In this document: piece after piece, positions 6,952 to 15,510 of the stretch
How the letters are laid out: each line of letters starts with the position of its first letter
Position numbering within the stretch: position 1 is the stretch's first letter
Assembly (NCBI GenBank): GCA_002317135.1
Contig: DCIX01000025.1
Span: 64,302-128,301 of the forward strand
Length of the DNA stretch: 64,000 bases
Direction: 5' to 3'
DNA from: Bacteroidales bacterium UBA1715
Lineage (GTDB): Bacteria > Bacteroidota > Bacteroidia > Bacteroidales > UBA1715
Notes under the pieces: generated by a model
Seen by the model: the letters and a program-made list of their open reading frames with translations, nothing else
What the model was told of the DNA's origin: nothing
Databases searched by the model: none
Made by a program: the position numbers and the translations under genes

Positions 6952-7872
6952 TTATTCTATTACTATAAATTCCGTTCTTCTATTTACGTTCGATTCTGGA
7001 TTTACGGCATCTTTCAATTCGCTGCTTCCCTTTCCTTCCCACTGTAAACGGTCTTGGGAAATTCCTTGAGAAATCAAGAAATCAACAGCTGCTTTCGCAC
7101 GACCCTCCGAAAGTTTTTGATTAAATTTAGCATCACCTTCAGCAGATGTGTGACCAACAATTTTCAATTTAATTTGTTGTTGTTTACCCATCAATGTAGC
7201 TAAATCATGAAGTACAAACTTTGATGCATCCGACAAATCTGTTTTTCCTTTTTCAAACTCTGCTGCATTAAAGTTCTTTTCTATTTCTTCTATTTGTTGT
7301 ACATATACCGTATCAACTACCGTTACTATTTTCTCAATAACTTGTGGTTCTTTATTACAACTACGCATTAACAACAAGGCTAAAATTGCAATCACAATTG
7401 CAGCACCTATTAAAATCCATAACCAAGTTTTTGATTTAGTTGGTACAGGTGGAACATAGCCATTAAGATATTCAAGACGCCAACCGCCTTTTTCTCCCTT
7501 TACACCTTTTTCAAATTCGGCAATTTCTATATCATACGATTTTGCATGAGAAACCAATCTATCAAAACTAGGTTTTGTCCACATGCGTACAACTGCGAAT
7601 TTTATACCATCACTAGATGTCATATATTCTTCTGGCTCAACAAAGTATCCTTGACCTTGTGTATACCATGCGTCTCCTGCTGCAACATGTTCTTGGATTT
7701 CTTTCTCCGTAAGAAAAATATTTTTTGATCCACAATCTGGATTTATCTCATTAGGAAAAGATTTCTTGAAATCCTCATAGGTTGCTTGAGGGAACATTAC
7801 TTGATACGCATTGATAATTCCCAATGCTGTTCGGTTTTGTGCTTTTCCGTAAACTCTTACTTTGCTTGGCAT
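6952..7872 (-). CDS. OmpA/MotB-type peptidoglycan-binding protein: unknown cytoplasmic N-domain, one TM helix, periplasmic OmpA_C domain
   Basis: TM segment WLWILIGAAIVIAILALLLM. The C-terminus is KIVGHTSAEGDAKFNQKLSEGRAKAAVDFLISQGISQDRL ... NRRTEFIVIE, the OmpA_C signature. Confidence 0.8.
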   Translation of the reverse strand: MPSKVRVYGKAQNRTALGIINAYQVMFPQATYEDFKKSFPNEINPDCGSKNIFLTEKEIQEHVAAGDAWYTQGQGYFVEPEEYMTSSDGIKFAVVRMWTKPSFDRLVSHAKSYDIEIAEFEKGVKGEKGGWRLEYLNGYVPPVPTKSKTWLWILIGAAIVIAILALLLMRSCNKEPQVIEKIVTVVDTVYVQQIEEIEKNFNAAEFEKGKTDLSDASKFVLHDLATLMGKQQQIKLKIVGHTSAEGDAKFNQKLSEGRAKAAVDFLISQGISQDRLQWEGKGSSELKDAVNPESNVNRRTEFIVIE

Positions 7873-8020
7873 ATTTTTTTAATTAAACTTCCACATTACA
7901 AACAAACATCTTTTCTCAACCTTTTCAAAAGTCCTTTTTAGTCCTTTTCTAAATCTGTAAACAATCATTATGTAACAAAACCTGCCTCAAGAGCCTGATT
8001 AAGATGTTGTAGACATAGTA

Positions 8021-8036
8021 TTATCATTTATGATAA
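8021..8036. promoter_or_regulatory. 16-bp palindrome TTATCATTTATGATAA, candidate XRE operator O1
   Basis: 7-nt inverted arms TTATCAT/ATGATAA. An identical copy lies 67 bp away in the same divergent intergenic region. Confidence 0.55.
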
Positions 8037-8087
8037 TGCAATTATATAAATTTTTCAGGGAAAAACAAACAAATCATAACGAAAAAC

Positions 8088-8103
8088 TTATCATTTATGA
8101 TAA
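8088..8103. promoter_or_regulatory. 16-bp palindrome TTATCATTTATGATAA, candidate XRE operator O2
   Basis: Identical to 8021-8036. It lies just upstream of a near-consensus -7 box (taaacttg, 8118-8125) for the XRE gene. Confidence 0.55.
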
Positions 8104-8130
8104 TAAACAAGCGGTAATAAACTTGTTCAT

Positions 8131-8376
8131 TTGAACAATTCAAATTGTTTTACCGTGAACGAAGCAGATTTGTATAAAAAAATCGGACAACGAATTAAGT
8201 TTTTACGAGAGCAAGAAGGCATTTCGCAACATGAACTTGCGCTTCGTTGCGATTTTGAGACATCAAATATGTGCAGAATAGAATCAGGGAAAACTAATCT
8301 TACCGTAAAAACAATTGCCACAATAGCAAAGGCTCTGGAACTTCCATTTTATAGAATTACAGAAGGGATAAAATAG
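8131..8376 (+). CDS. XRE-family helix-turn-helix transcriptional regulator
   Basis: LYKKIGQRIKFLREQEGISQHELALRCDFETSNMCRIESGKTNLTVKTIATIAKAL is a canonical HTH_3 sequence. The true start is uncertain; the in-frame GTG at 8155 is more likely than the TTG at 8131. Confidence 0.85.
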   Translation: MNNSNCFTVNEADLYKKIGQRIKFLREQEGISQHELALRCDFETSNMCRIESGKTNLTVKTIATIAKALELPFYRITEGIK

Positions 8377-8386
8377 ATATATAGGG

Positions 8387-9685
8387 TTATAACCGTTTCA
8401 AATAAGGAATAAAAGCATATAAAGGTACATTCACCAAATTTTCTTGCTCAATCATATTCTTCATAGAAATTCGTACAGCCTTTAAATTTGGATTTTTTTG
8501 TAGAAAAGCTTTTAATGATTTTGCATGAACATTTTCTTCCGCTTTTACTTCTATCGGGAAAACATTCATTGTACCTTGAATCACAAAATCTAGTTCTTTA
8601 TGAGCGTCGTCAGAGGAATAATAAAAAGGATTCATTTTATTGGAAATCATTTGAGTTGCCACAAACAATTCTGTGAACATACCTTTATATTCAGAAAAAA
8701 TATTATTATTAACCAACATTGATTCAGCAGAAGTGGCCGCGAGAGCACCCATTAAACCTACATCTATCAAAAAAAGCTTAAAGGCTCCCATATCCTCATA
8801 GAATTTTAATGGCATCTTAACAACAGAAACTCTATTTACTTTATATATCAAACCTGCATCAATGAGCCATTGAATTGCCAATTCAAATTCCGAGGCTCTT
8901 GCACCATGTTTTAATGCACCATAAACAAATTTTTTATTTTCTTTTGACAACTGCGATGGTATGGAATTCCAAACCAAATTGATTCGAGGAACCAAAGACT
9001 GTGGAGCATGTTTCGAAAAATCTCTTGAATAATCAAATAAAATCTGATTTTGTAACGCCCGAACTTTAGTTAGTTCCCTAGTTTCAACAAACTGTTTTAC
9101 AACTGCTGGCATACCACCCACATAATAATACATACGCAGTAATTCTTGCAATTCAGTAGAAAGAAGATTTAAGACTTCGTAATTTTCTTGCATAATTACT
9201 TCAACAAATTTTGTCTTACCATTTGCTTCCAGAAACTCACAGAAATCCATAGGGAACATTCTAATCATATCAATCTTACCAACAGGAAACGAGATATTGT
9301 TATGTAAAGAAATTCCCAATAATGAACCTGCAACAGCTACAAAATATTCGGAAGCATCCTCTGAAAAGTATTTCAAAGCTTCTAAAGCTTTGGGACAATC
9401 TTGAATTTCATCTAAGACGATAAGAGTATCTTTAGGTGTTATATCAACACCCGATATTGCCGAAAGAGAAAGTATTATGGAGTGAATATCAGTAGTATTC
9501 TCAAAGATAGAGCGTACACTCAACTCTCTATCTAGAGAAAAGAAGGCTAATTTTTTAAATTCAGATTTTCCAAACTCCTTTAAAATATATGTTTTTCCTA
9601 TTTGTCGAGCCCCACTTAAAACCAATGGTTTTCTATCTTCACTCAATTTCCACTGTATCAAATCATTATAAACACTCCTATACAT
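8387..9685 (-). CDS. AAA-family ATPase of the AAA_14 / DUF4143 type
   Basis: Walker A LSGARQIGKTY, Walker B LIVLDEIQ, and the length and C-terminal region typical of the multi-copy Bacteroidota DUF4143 ATPases. Confidence 0.8.
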   Translation of the reverse strand: MYRSVYNDLIQWKLSEDRKPLVLSGARQIGKTYILKEFGKSEFKKLAFFSLDRELSVRSIFENTTDIHSIILSLSAISGVDITPKDTLIVLDEIQDCPKALEALKYFSEDASEYFVAVAGSLLGISLHNNISFPVGKIDMIRMFPMDFCEFLEANGKTKFVEVIMQENYEVLNLLSTELQELLRMYYYVGGMPAVVKQFVETRELTKVRALQNQILFDYSRDFSKHAPQSLVPRINLVWNSIPSQLSKENKKFVYGALKHGARASEFELAIQWLIDAGLIYKVNRVSVVKMPLKFYEDMGAFKLFLIDVGLMGALAATSAESMLVNNNIFSEYKGMFTELFVATQMISNKMNPFYYSSDDAHKELDFVIQGTMNVFPIEVKAEENVHAKSLKAFLQKNPNLKAVRISMKNMIEQENLVNVPLYAFIPYLKRL

Positions 9686-9691
9686 AATAAT

Positions 9692-9809
9692 TACATTTTT
9701 CGTGATGAGATTTCACAACAAATATACACTTTTCGTAACAAGTTTAGTATAGAACAACACATTTTTCGTTAGGAGTTTTATACAAAAAAAATACACTTTT
9801 CGTTAGGAA
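9692..9809. repeat. Four phased direct repeats (consensus yACAyTTTTCGTnAnnAG) at 33-34 bp spacing
   Basis: Copies at 9692-9709 tacatttttcgtgatgag, 9725-9742 tacacttttcgtaacaag, 9758-9775 cacatttttcgttaggag and 9792-9809 tacacttttcgttaggaa. They sit directly upstream of the AAA ATPase start (9685). Confidence 0.75.
9719..9726 (-). promoter_or_regulatory. -7 promoter box (TATATTTG on minus strand) for the AAA ATPase gene
   Basis: Plus-strand caaatata matches TAnnTTTG, 34 nt upstream of ATG 9685. It overlaps repeat 2. Confidence 0.4.
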
Positions 9810-9826
9810 TAATTGGTATTACCTTT

Positions 9827-11227
9827 TTATTTACACCTAGGTAAATCCTTAATACGAGGGTACAATTGTTGGTTATAAATGGTATCATCATATTTACGAA
9901 CATAAGGAAGCGCATACTTCTGCCAAATGTCCATTTCTTCCTTTTCGGACCTAAAAACTCCTGAATCCTTTAACGGAATCCAAATATCATAGGTTATTTT
10001 CACAGCCAAATCATAATAACGATTAAGCGCCGTCTCCCAACAAACATATTTATTTGTCATCAAACTGTCAATATATGGTTTATACAAACTATCTATCGCA
10101 GTCTTAAAACTTTCCAAATCAAAGCCAACAGTTTTTTCAACTGATGAACTTTTTTGTTCGGTAATTATTGCATAAACAGATGCACTATCACTTGATGTTT
10201 TAACAGGAACAGATTTAATAACTTGTTCTTCTGACTCGTAATTTACCATAACCGTATCCCGAACAAATGCTCTATTACTTAACGTTTTAACAGGAATAGA
10301 TTCAACAAATTGCTCTTCTGACTCGTAATTTTCCACAACCGTTTTTCGAACAGAAGTACTATCATTCAACACTTCATTATTGTTAACATATTCAACAGTT
10401 GATACTGATGGTCGAAGTACAGTTTCTGTTTTTTTTAACATAAAAAAACAAAATAGAACAATCATAAACACAAGAAGTCCAGAAACTATTCTTCTCAACC
10501 AATACAAACGTAATTGCTGCTGTATTTCAATAGCAGAACCATACCGTTTATCCCTATTTTCTGTAGTACATTTTTTTGTAACACCTCTATAGCAATACGG
10601 GAAGACATCTCCCATTATTTTTCCGAAAGAATATAAATCACTTCTACAATCAAGCACAACGCCTTCTTGCAATTGTTCCGGAGCAATATAGTTCGCACTG
10701 CCGGCAGGTTGTTTTAGAATTGCATGGCTATCGCTATCGGCCAAACCAAAATCAATAATTTTAACATGATTACCATTACGGGAAACAAGTATATTGCTTG
10801 GTTTTAAGTCTCTATGTATTATTTGTTTTGAATGAATATACTGCAAACCATCAAGCAATTCATTCACCACTGCAATACGGATACGCGAAGATGGATTTAA
10901 ACGAAGAAATTCCCGCAGAGTATAACCTTCAACGTATTCCAGCACAATACATTTTCCAATTTTAGAATCATATTCAAAAGAAAATGCACTAACAATATTG
11001 GGATGATACAGCAAAGAAGTTAATTCATACTCTTTGCGTAAAAGATTTTGATAAATTGTTTGTTGCGCATATTCTGGCTTTAATCCTTTCAACACAAACC
11101 ATCGTCCTTGGCGTTTTGCACGATATAGACAATTAAAGCTAGCACAAGGAATTTCCACATAATCAGAAAATTCCGAACATATCAATTCATTATTTGATAA
11201 TACTATACCAGAAGATGAAGTGTCCAT
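9827..11227 (-). CDS. Membrane-anchored Hanks-type Ser/Thr protein kinase with unknown extracytoplasmic domain
   Basis: [16 protein letters not shown] and SANYIAPE motifs. TM segment [14 protein letters not shown]. About 190 aa of C-terminal domain have no recognised motif. Confidence 0.85.
   Translation of the reverse strand: MDTSSSGIVLSNNELICSEFSDYVEIPCASFNCLYRAKRQGRWFVLKGLKPEYAQQTIYQNLLRKEYELTSLLYHPNIVSAFSFEYDSKIGKCIVLEYVEGYTLREFLRLNPSSRIRIAVVNELLDGLQYIHSKQIIHRDLKPSNILVSRNGNHVKIIDFGLADSDSHAILKQPAGSANYIAPEQLQEGVVLDCRSDLYSFGKIMGDVFPYCYRGVTKKCTTENRDKRYGSAIEIQQQLRLYWLRRIVSGLLVFMIVLFCFFMLKKTETVLRPSVSTVEYVNNNEVLNDSTSVRKTVVENYESEEQFVESIPVKTLSNRAFVRDTVMVNYESEEQVIKSVPVKTSSDSASVYAIITEQKSSSVEKTVGFDLESFKTAIDSLYKPYIDSLMTNKYVCWETALNRYYDLAVKITYDIWIPLKDSGVFRSEKEEMDIWQKYALPYVRKYDDTIYNQQLYPRIKDLPRCK
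10197..10351 (-). repeat. 87-bp tandem duplication inside the kinase gene (29-aa repeat [17 protein letters not shown])
   Basis: 10197-10264 and 10284-10351 are near-identical at DNA level. Confidence 0.7.
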
Positions 11228-11265
11228 TCATACAAATATCACACATTTTTATGAAAAAAAGCTAT

Positions 11266-11835
11266 CTATTCGACCATAATTTCCTCCAAACCACCTTTTG
11301 TACCAAGAACGAAAGGCGTAGGAGGATTATCTTCCTGTATAAGATTATCTATATATAACGGCTCATGATGTATAAAAAAGGAACATTCAAACGTATTTCC
11401 CACTTGCAACTTTGAATTCAATGCAGAAACAACACGGAACTTTATTCCTCCTAAAAAAAGAAAAGTACATTTTCTATCTGGTTTCCATGAAACGGTTACC
11501 GTATTTCCTTCATGTAATTCCGACGTTTTAACTGATTGTGACACAATAAAATCGGAAGCTTCCGGAGCCAAATCATGTAATTTTACGAGAAAAGCATCCC
11601 AATGCTCGTATCCTAAGAACTGTGACAAAATATTTAACGTACTCCTACGGGTCATATCTGCCCCTTCTATATATCCCCACAAACGTTTTAATGTCGTAGG
11701 ACTGATAGTTACATGCATTCTCTCCCATATAACACCAACCAAAAACTCAAAATCGGAGGGTGTTCTAATTTGACGATTTACTGACTGTTCAATTTCATAC
11801 CGTAACATCAATATTTCTGGAGAATGTTTTGTCAT
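11266..11835 (-). CDS. Hypothetical 189-aa protein with N-terminal HTH-like segment, co-oriented with the kinase
   Basis: N-terminal TPSDFEFLVGVIWERMHVTISPTTLKRLWGY resembles an HTH module seen at N-termini of Bacteroidota signalling proteins (from memory). There is a 38-bp gap to the kinase gene. Confidence 0.55.
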   Translation of the reverse strand: MTKHSPEILMLRYEIEQSVNRQIRTPSDFEFLVGVIWERMHVTISPTTLKRLWGYIEGADMTRRSTLNILSQFLGYEHWDAFLVKLHDLAPEASDFIVSQSVKTSELHEGNTVTVSWKPDRKCTFLFLGGIKFRVVSALNSKLQVGNTFECSFFIHHEPLYIDNLIQEDNPPTPFVLGTKGGLEEIMVE

Positions 11836-11850
11836 CGCTTTTATTTTTCA

Positions 11851-11858
11851 CAAAAATA
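11851..11858 (-). promoter_or_regulatory. -7 promoter box (TATTTTTG on minus strand) for the 189-aa/kinase operon
   Basis: Plus-strand caaaaata, 16 nt upstream of ATG 11835. Confidence 0.4.
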
Positions 11859-11921
11859 AGTTGTTTTATCATTCTACCTACAGTCCTTTTTAGTCCATTT
11901 GGAAATTCAACTCCTACGCAA

Positions 11922-11929
11922 TACCTTTG
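11922..11929 (+). promoter_or_regulatory. -7 promoter box TACCTTTG for the MATE gene
   Basis: Matches TAnnTTTG, 21 nt upstream of ATG 11950 and inside the longer TTG-initiated ORF. Confidence 0.45.
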
Positions 11930-11949
11930 CCGGCAAAGATTTTCATACG

Positions 11950-13290
11950 ATGAAGGAAGAACGCGACTCACTTGATTTTAGCAAAGAGCCTGTAAGCCAA
12001 CTCTTTCGCAAGATGTTCATTCCTACTCTTCTTGGTATGGTTTCGATGGTGGGGCTTAACATTACCGATGGGGCTTTTGTTGGACATGGTGTGGGCAGCG
12101 AAGCATTAGCTGCTATCAATATTGTGGCTCCCTTATTTCTTATTGCTGGCGGTTTGGGACTATTATTCGGCATTGGCAGCAGTGTGGTCGCAAGCATTCA
12201 TTTAGCAAAAGGAAATGAACACGCAGCCAATCTTAATCTTACTCAAGGTGTGATTGCAAGTGTGACTATTGGAATACTTGTCGGAAGCATTGTGTTGCTT
12301 TTTCCAGAGCAAACATGTCTATTATTTGGTGGTTCTGAAGCACTTATGCCACTTACTTGTGCTTATCTAAAATGGATTGCGCTACTTACTCCATTCAATA
12401 TGTTCGGCATGACAGCAATGTTTATGGTCAGACTTGACGGGAAACCTGGATTTGCAGGTTTTATGAATAGTTTTTGCGCAATTCTCAACATTATTCTCGA
12501 CTATATTTTCATTTTTCCACTACAAATGGGTATAGAAGGTGCTGCACTTGCGTCATTTACAGCATTTGCCTCGGGAAATATTCCACTTGCAATTTTTCTA
12601 TTCACAAGAACAACAAAAGTTCATTTTCATCCAATAAAACTATCAAAAACAAGTCTATTCCTTTCTCTCCGGAATCTTGCATACCAGATAAAGATTGGTG
12701 CTTCGGCACTACTTGGTGAACTCGCCATTGCGTCTATTATGATTGTAGGCAACTATATGTTTATGCGTTTTCTTGGCGAAGATGGTGTTGCCGCCTATTC
12801 TGTTGGGTGTTATTGTCTGCCAATAGTTTTCATGATTGGAAATGCCATTATTCAAAGTGTACAACCAATAATGAGTTTTGCTCACGGTGCAAATGACAAA
12901 ATCCGCCTCTATGAAGCAAAAAAAATCGCACTAAAGTTTGCATTACTCATTGGTTTGGGCGGAATGATATCGCTACTATTTTTCTCAGAACCAATTACTT
13001 CTATTTTTCTTGTTCCAGACTGTCGGGCACACGAATTATGCAGTAACGGGCTGCGAATATTTGCACCCGCATTCTTATTTATTGCAATAAACATTGTTTT
13101 AATTGGCTATCTACAAAGTATTGAAGCAGCAAAAGCAGCAACAATTTTCACTGTACTTCGCGGATTCATATTATCCATTCCGTGCTTTATTTTCCTACCC
13201 TATATCGTTGGTACAAACGGACTTTGGTTAGCGTTGCCATGTGCAGAATGTGTAACAATGGTATTACTTTTTATAAAAATGAAAAAATAA
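11950..13290 (+). CDS. MATE family multidrug/oligosaccharide efflux transporter
   Basis: About 12 hydrophobic segments. The N-terminal PVSQLFRKMFIPTLLGM pattern and overall length are typical of MATE. The start was moved to the ATG at 11950. Confidence 0.8.
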   Translation: MKEERDSLDFSKEPVSQLFRKMFIPTLLGMVSMVGLNITDGAFVGHGVGSEALAAINIVAPLFLIAGGLGLLFGIGSSVVASIHLAKGNEHAANLNLTQGVIASVTIGILVGSIVLLFPEQTCLLFGGSEALMPLTCAYLKWIALLTPFNMFGMTAMFMVRLDGKPGFAGFMNSFCAILNIILDYIFIFPLQMGIEGAALASFTAFASGNIPLAIFLFTRTTKVHFHPIKLSKTSLFLSLRNLAYQIKIGASALLGELAIASIMIVGNYMFMRFLGEDGVAAYSVGCYCLPIVFMIGNAIIQSVQPIMSFAHGANDKIRLYEAKKIALKFALLIGLGGMISLLFFSEPITSIFLVPDCRAHELCSNGLRIFAPAFLFIAINIVLIGYLQSIEAAKAATIFTVLRGFILSIPCFIFLPYIVGTNGLWLALPCAECVTMVLLFIKMKK

Positions 13291-13291
13291 T

Positions 13292-13705
13292 ATGATTAAC
13301 CAGGTTGAATTTACTCTCCAAGAAAAAAGACGTGGCTGTCATCTCATAACAAACGAGATTATCGCACAAATCAGTCATCTTTTACCAAAAGCCGGACTAC
13401 TTCATCTATTCGTTAAACATACATCTTGTGCGTTATCCATAAATGAGAACGCCGATCCTGATGTCCGCGGCGATATGGAACAAATTCTTAATCACATTGT
13501 AAAAGAAAACGAGACATATTATAACCACACACTCGAAGGTGCCGATGATATGCCAGCCCATGCTAAGAGTAGTTTGTTCGGCGTAAGTATAACCATTCCT
13601 ATAACAAACGGACGACTAAATTTAGGCACTTGGCAAGGAATTTACCTGTGTGAATTCCGTAACTATGGTGGACCTCGCAAAATTGTAGCAACTATTTATT
13701 CGTAA
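13292..13705 (+). CDS. yjbQ: YjbQ/UPF0047 family protein (secondary thiamine-phosphate synthase enzyme)
   Basis: HTSCALSINENADPDV ... DDMPAHAKSSLFG ... GTWQGIYLCEFR, conserved YjbQ blocks. Confidence 0.85.
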   Translation: MINQVEFTLQEKRRGCHLITNEIIAQISHLLPKAGLLHLFVKHTSCALSINENADPDVRGDMEQILNHIVKENETYYNHTLEGADDMPAHAKSSLFGVSITIPITNGRLNLGTWQGIYLCEFRNYGGPRKIVATIYS

Positions 13706-13708
13706 TTG

Positions 13709-14536
13709 ATGATGAAAACAACTATTACATACAAAGCAATCGTTCTTGATTTAGACGGAACGCTTACAAACAGTAAAAAAGAAATCACACCTCGTACAAA
13801 AAAAGCACTTATGAAAGCACAAGAACAAGGTGTGCGAGTTGTGTTGGCATCGGGACGACCAACACATGGCATAAAACCTGTAGCCAAAGAACTTGAAATT
13901 GAAAAATATGACGGCTATGTCTTGTCGTTCAATGGTGGAACAATCACTCATTGGCCAACAAAAGAGGTAATTTTCGACCAAAAACTAGATCCTTCATTTG
14001 TTCCGGAACTTTATAAAGCAGCAAAAAACAATGATTTTGAGATACTTACACCACAAGGAGAGAGCATTGCGTCATCAAATATTCAAGACAAATATGTGCA
14101 ACACGAGGCTTTCATAAACAAATTGTCCCTCATTCAATATGACGACTTCTTGAATCAAGTACAATATCCTATCAACAAATGTCTAATCGTTGGTGATCCA
14201 ACGCGTCTTGCTGTACTGGAAAAAAAACTTGCAAAGCAAATGGAAGGCCGTATGAACATCTACCGTTCAGCAGATTTTTTCTTGGAATGTGTACCACTTG
14301 GCATAGACAAAGCTGCCTCACTTGACAGACTTTTCTCGAAATTAGGCATCAAAAAAGAAGAAGTTATTGCTTGTGGAGACGGACACAACGACATATCGAT
14401 GATTCAATATGCTGGTCTTGGCGTAGCGATGGCAAACGCCGACGATGAAGTAAAAAGCCAAGCAAATTTCATTACTCTTTCAAACGAAGAAGATGGTGTT
14501 GCTACAGTTGTAGAACAATTTATTTTGAACGAATAA
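13709..14536 (+). CDS. Cof-type HAD-IIB family hydrolase
   Basis: The LDLDGTL motif I and the GDGHNDISM motif IV. Confidence 0.85.
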   Translation: MMKTTITYKAIVLDLDGTLTNSKKEITPRTKKALMKAQEQGVRVVLASGRPTHGIKPVAKELEIEKYDGYVLSFNGGTITHWPTKEVIFDQKLDPSFVPELYKAAKNNDFEILTPQGESIASSNIQDKYVQHEAFINKLSLIQYDDFLNQVQYPINKCLIVGDPTRLAVLEKKLAKQMEGRMNIYRSADFFLECVPLGIDKAASLDRLFSKLGIKKEEVIACGDGHNDISMIQYAGLGVAMANADDEVKSQANFITLSNEEDGVATVVEQFILNE

Positions 14537-14739
14537 TGACTGGAAAAAAACAAACATTATACGCACTAATGGAAAACCAAGGATATAGTTACGGTTTCAT
14601 CATGACTGCCGTAAACATTCTTGGACAATCAAAACTGGCACTCGACGAGATGATTATCTTCATTGATGACTTTCATCCAACTGAAGAACAATGCATAGAG
14701 CATTTGGCAGAAATTTGTAGCAAAGAAAAATTACACTAA
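14536..14739 (+). CDS. Hypothetical 67-aa protein
   Basis: ORF whose start overlaps the upstream stop by 1 nt (TAATG). No recognised domain. Confidence 0.4.
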   Translation: MTGKKQTLYALMENQGYSYGFIMTAVNILGQSKLALDEMIIFIDDFHPTEEQCIEHLAEICSKEKLH

Positions 14740-14740
14740 T

Positions 14741-15022
14741 ATGGACGCTTCTTTATTATATTACATCATAGTAATTTCTATCGTAACCTTTTGTGCATAC
14801 GGAATAGATAAATACAAAGCAAAGAAACAACAATGGAGAATTCCAGAACGAACACTAATTTTACTTGCTGTTTTTGGTGGCTCTATCGGTGCTTTAGCAG
14901 CTATGCGTATGTTTCGGCATAAAACACTGCACAATAAATTTAGATTGGGAATTCCTTGTATTCTTATACTACAAGTTGCTTGCCTTTATTACTTCTATCA
15001 ACAAGGATTATTCTTGCAATAA
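14741..15022 (+). CDS. DUF1294 domain membrane protein
   Basis: YGIDKYKAKKQQWRIPERTLILLAVFGGSIGALAAMRMFRHKT matches the DUF1294 signature. Confidence 0.75.
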   Translation: MDASLLYYIIVISIVTFCAYGIDKYKAKKQQWRIPERTLILLAVFGGSIGALAAMRMFRHKTLHNKFRLGIPCILILQVACLYYFYQQGLFLQ

Positions 15023-15466
15023 TTTATCCAAATCCGACAATTCTTCTTCGGATTGCAAAGCAGGAAAATTGATTTTATCTGTAATCAAATAAGATACAGG
15101 GAAGTCAACCAACAACTTCTTGTATAATGCGTATGCTTCGTCTTTTGTGCGGAAATCACCGACACGGATTTTGAAGAATGGAGGTTGATAAATCAAATAT
15201 GCACCAATGTCAGGATACTTTGACAAAAATAATTTACGTTTATTTTGTGCTTCTGTTCTAGAATTTGTTCCCGACGAGTTGTAAATCTGAACACGCCAGC
15301 CAGACATGGTGCCATTTTGTTCTTTTGCCAACGCCTTGTGCGTATTTAATAATTCCTGAATACGACTATCTTGAGTAATTGTAATCACTCCGTATTGAGT
15401 TGTATCGATTTGTGCCATTGCACCAAACGATAATACCATGCACAATATGAATAAGATTCGCTTCAT
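15008..15466 (-). CDS. SPOR domain-containing protein (secreted)
   Basis: Signal peptide, plus SGWRVQIYNSSG ... FFKIRVGDFRTKDEA, a SPOR-like pattern. Confidence 0.65.
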   Translation of the reverse strand: MKRILFILCMVLSFGAMAQIDTTQYGVITITQDSRIQELLNTHKALAKEQNGTMSGWRVQIYNSSGTNSRTEAQNKRKLFLSKYPDIGAYLIYQPPFFKIRVGDFRTKDEAYALYKKLLVDFPVSYLITDKINFPALQSEEELSDLDKLLQE

Positions 15467-15510
15467 TGTTATTCTTTCTGCAAAAATATGATTTTCGTAA
15501 TATACAACAA

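Noticed and set aside
7930-7944. Identical 15-mer AGTCCTTTTTAGTCC at 7930-7944 and 11882-11896, both upstream of minus-strand operons.
   Set aside because: In 64 kb of T-rich sequence, one or more identical 15-mers are expected by chance. The two copies also sit at different distances from their predicted -7 boxes.
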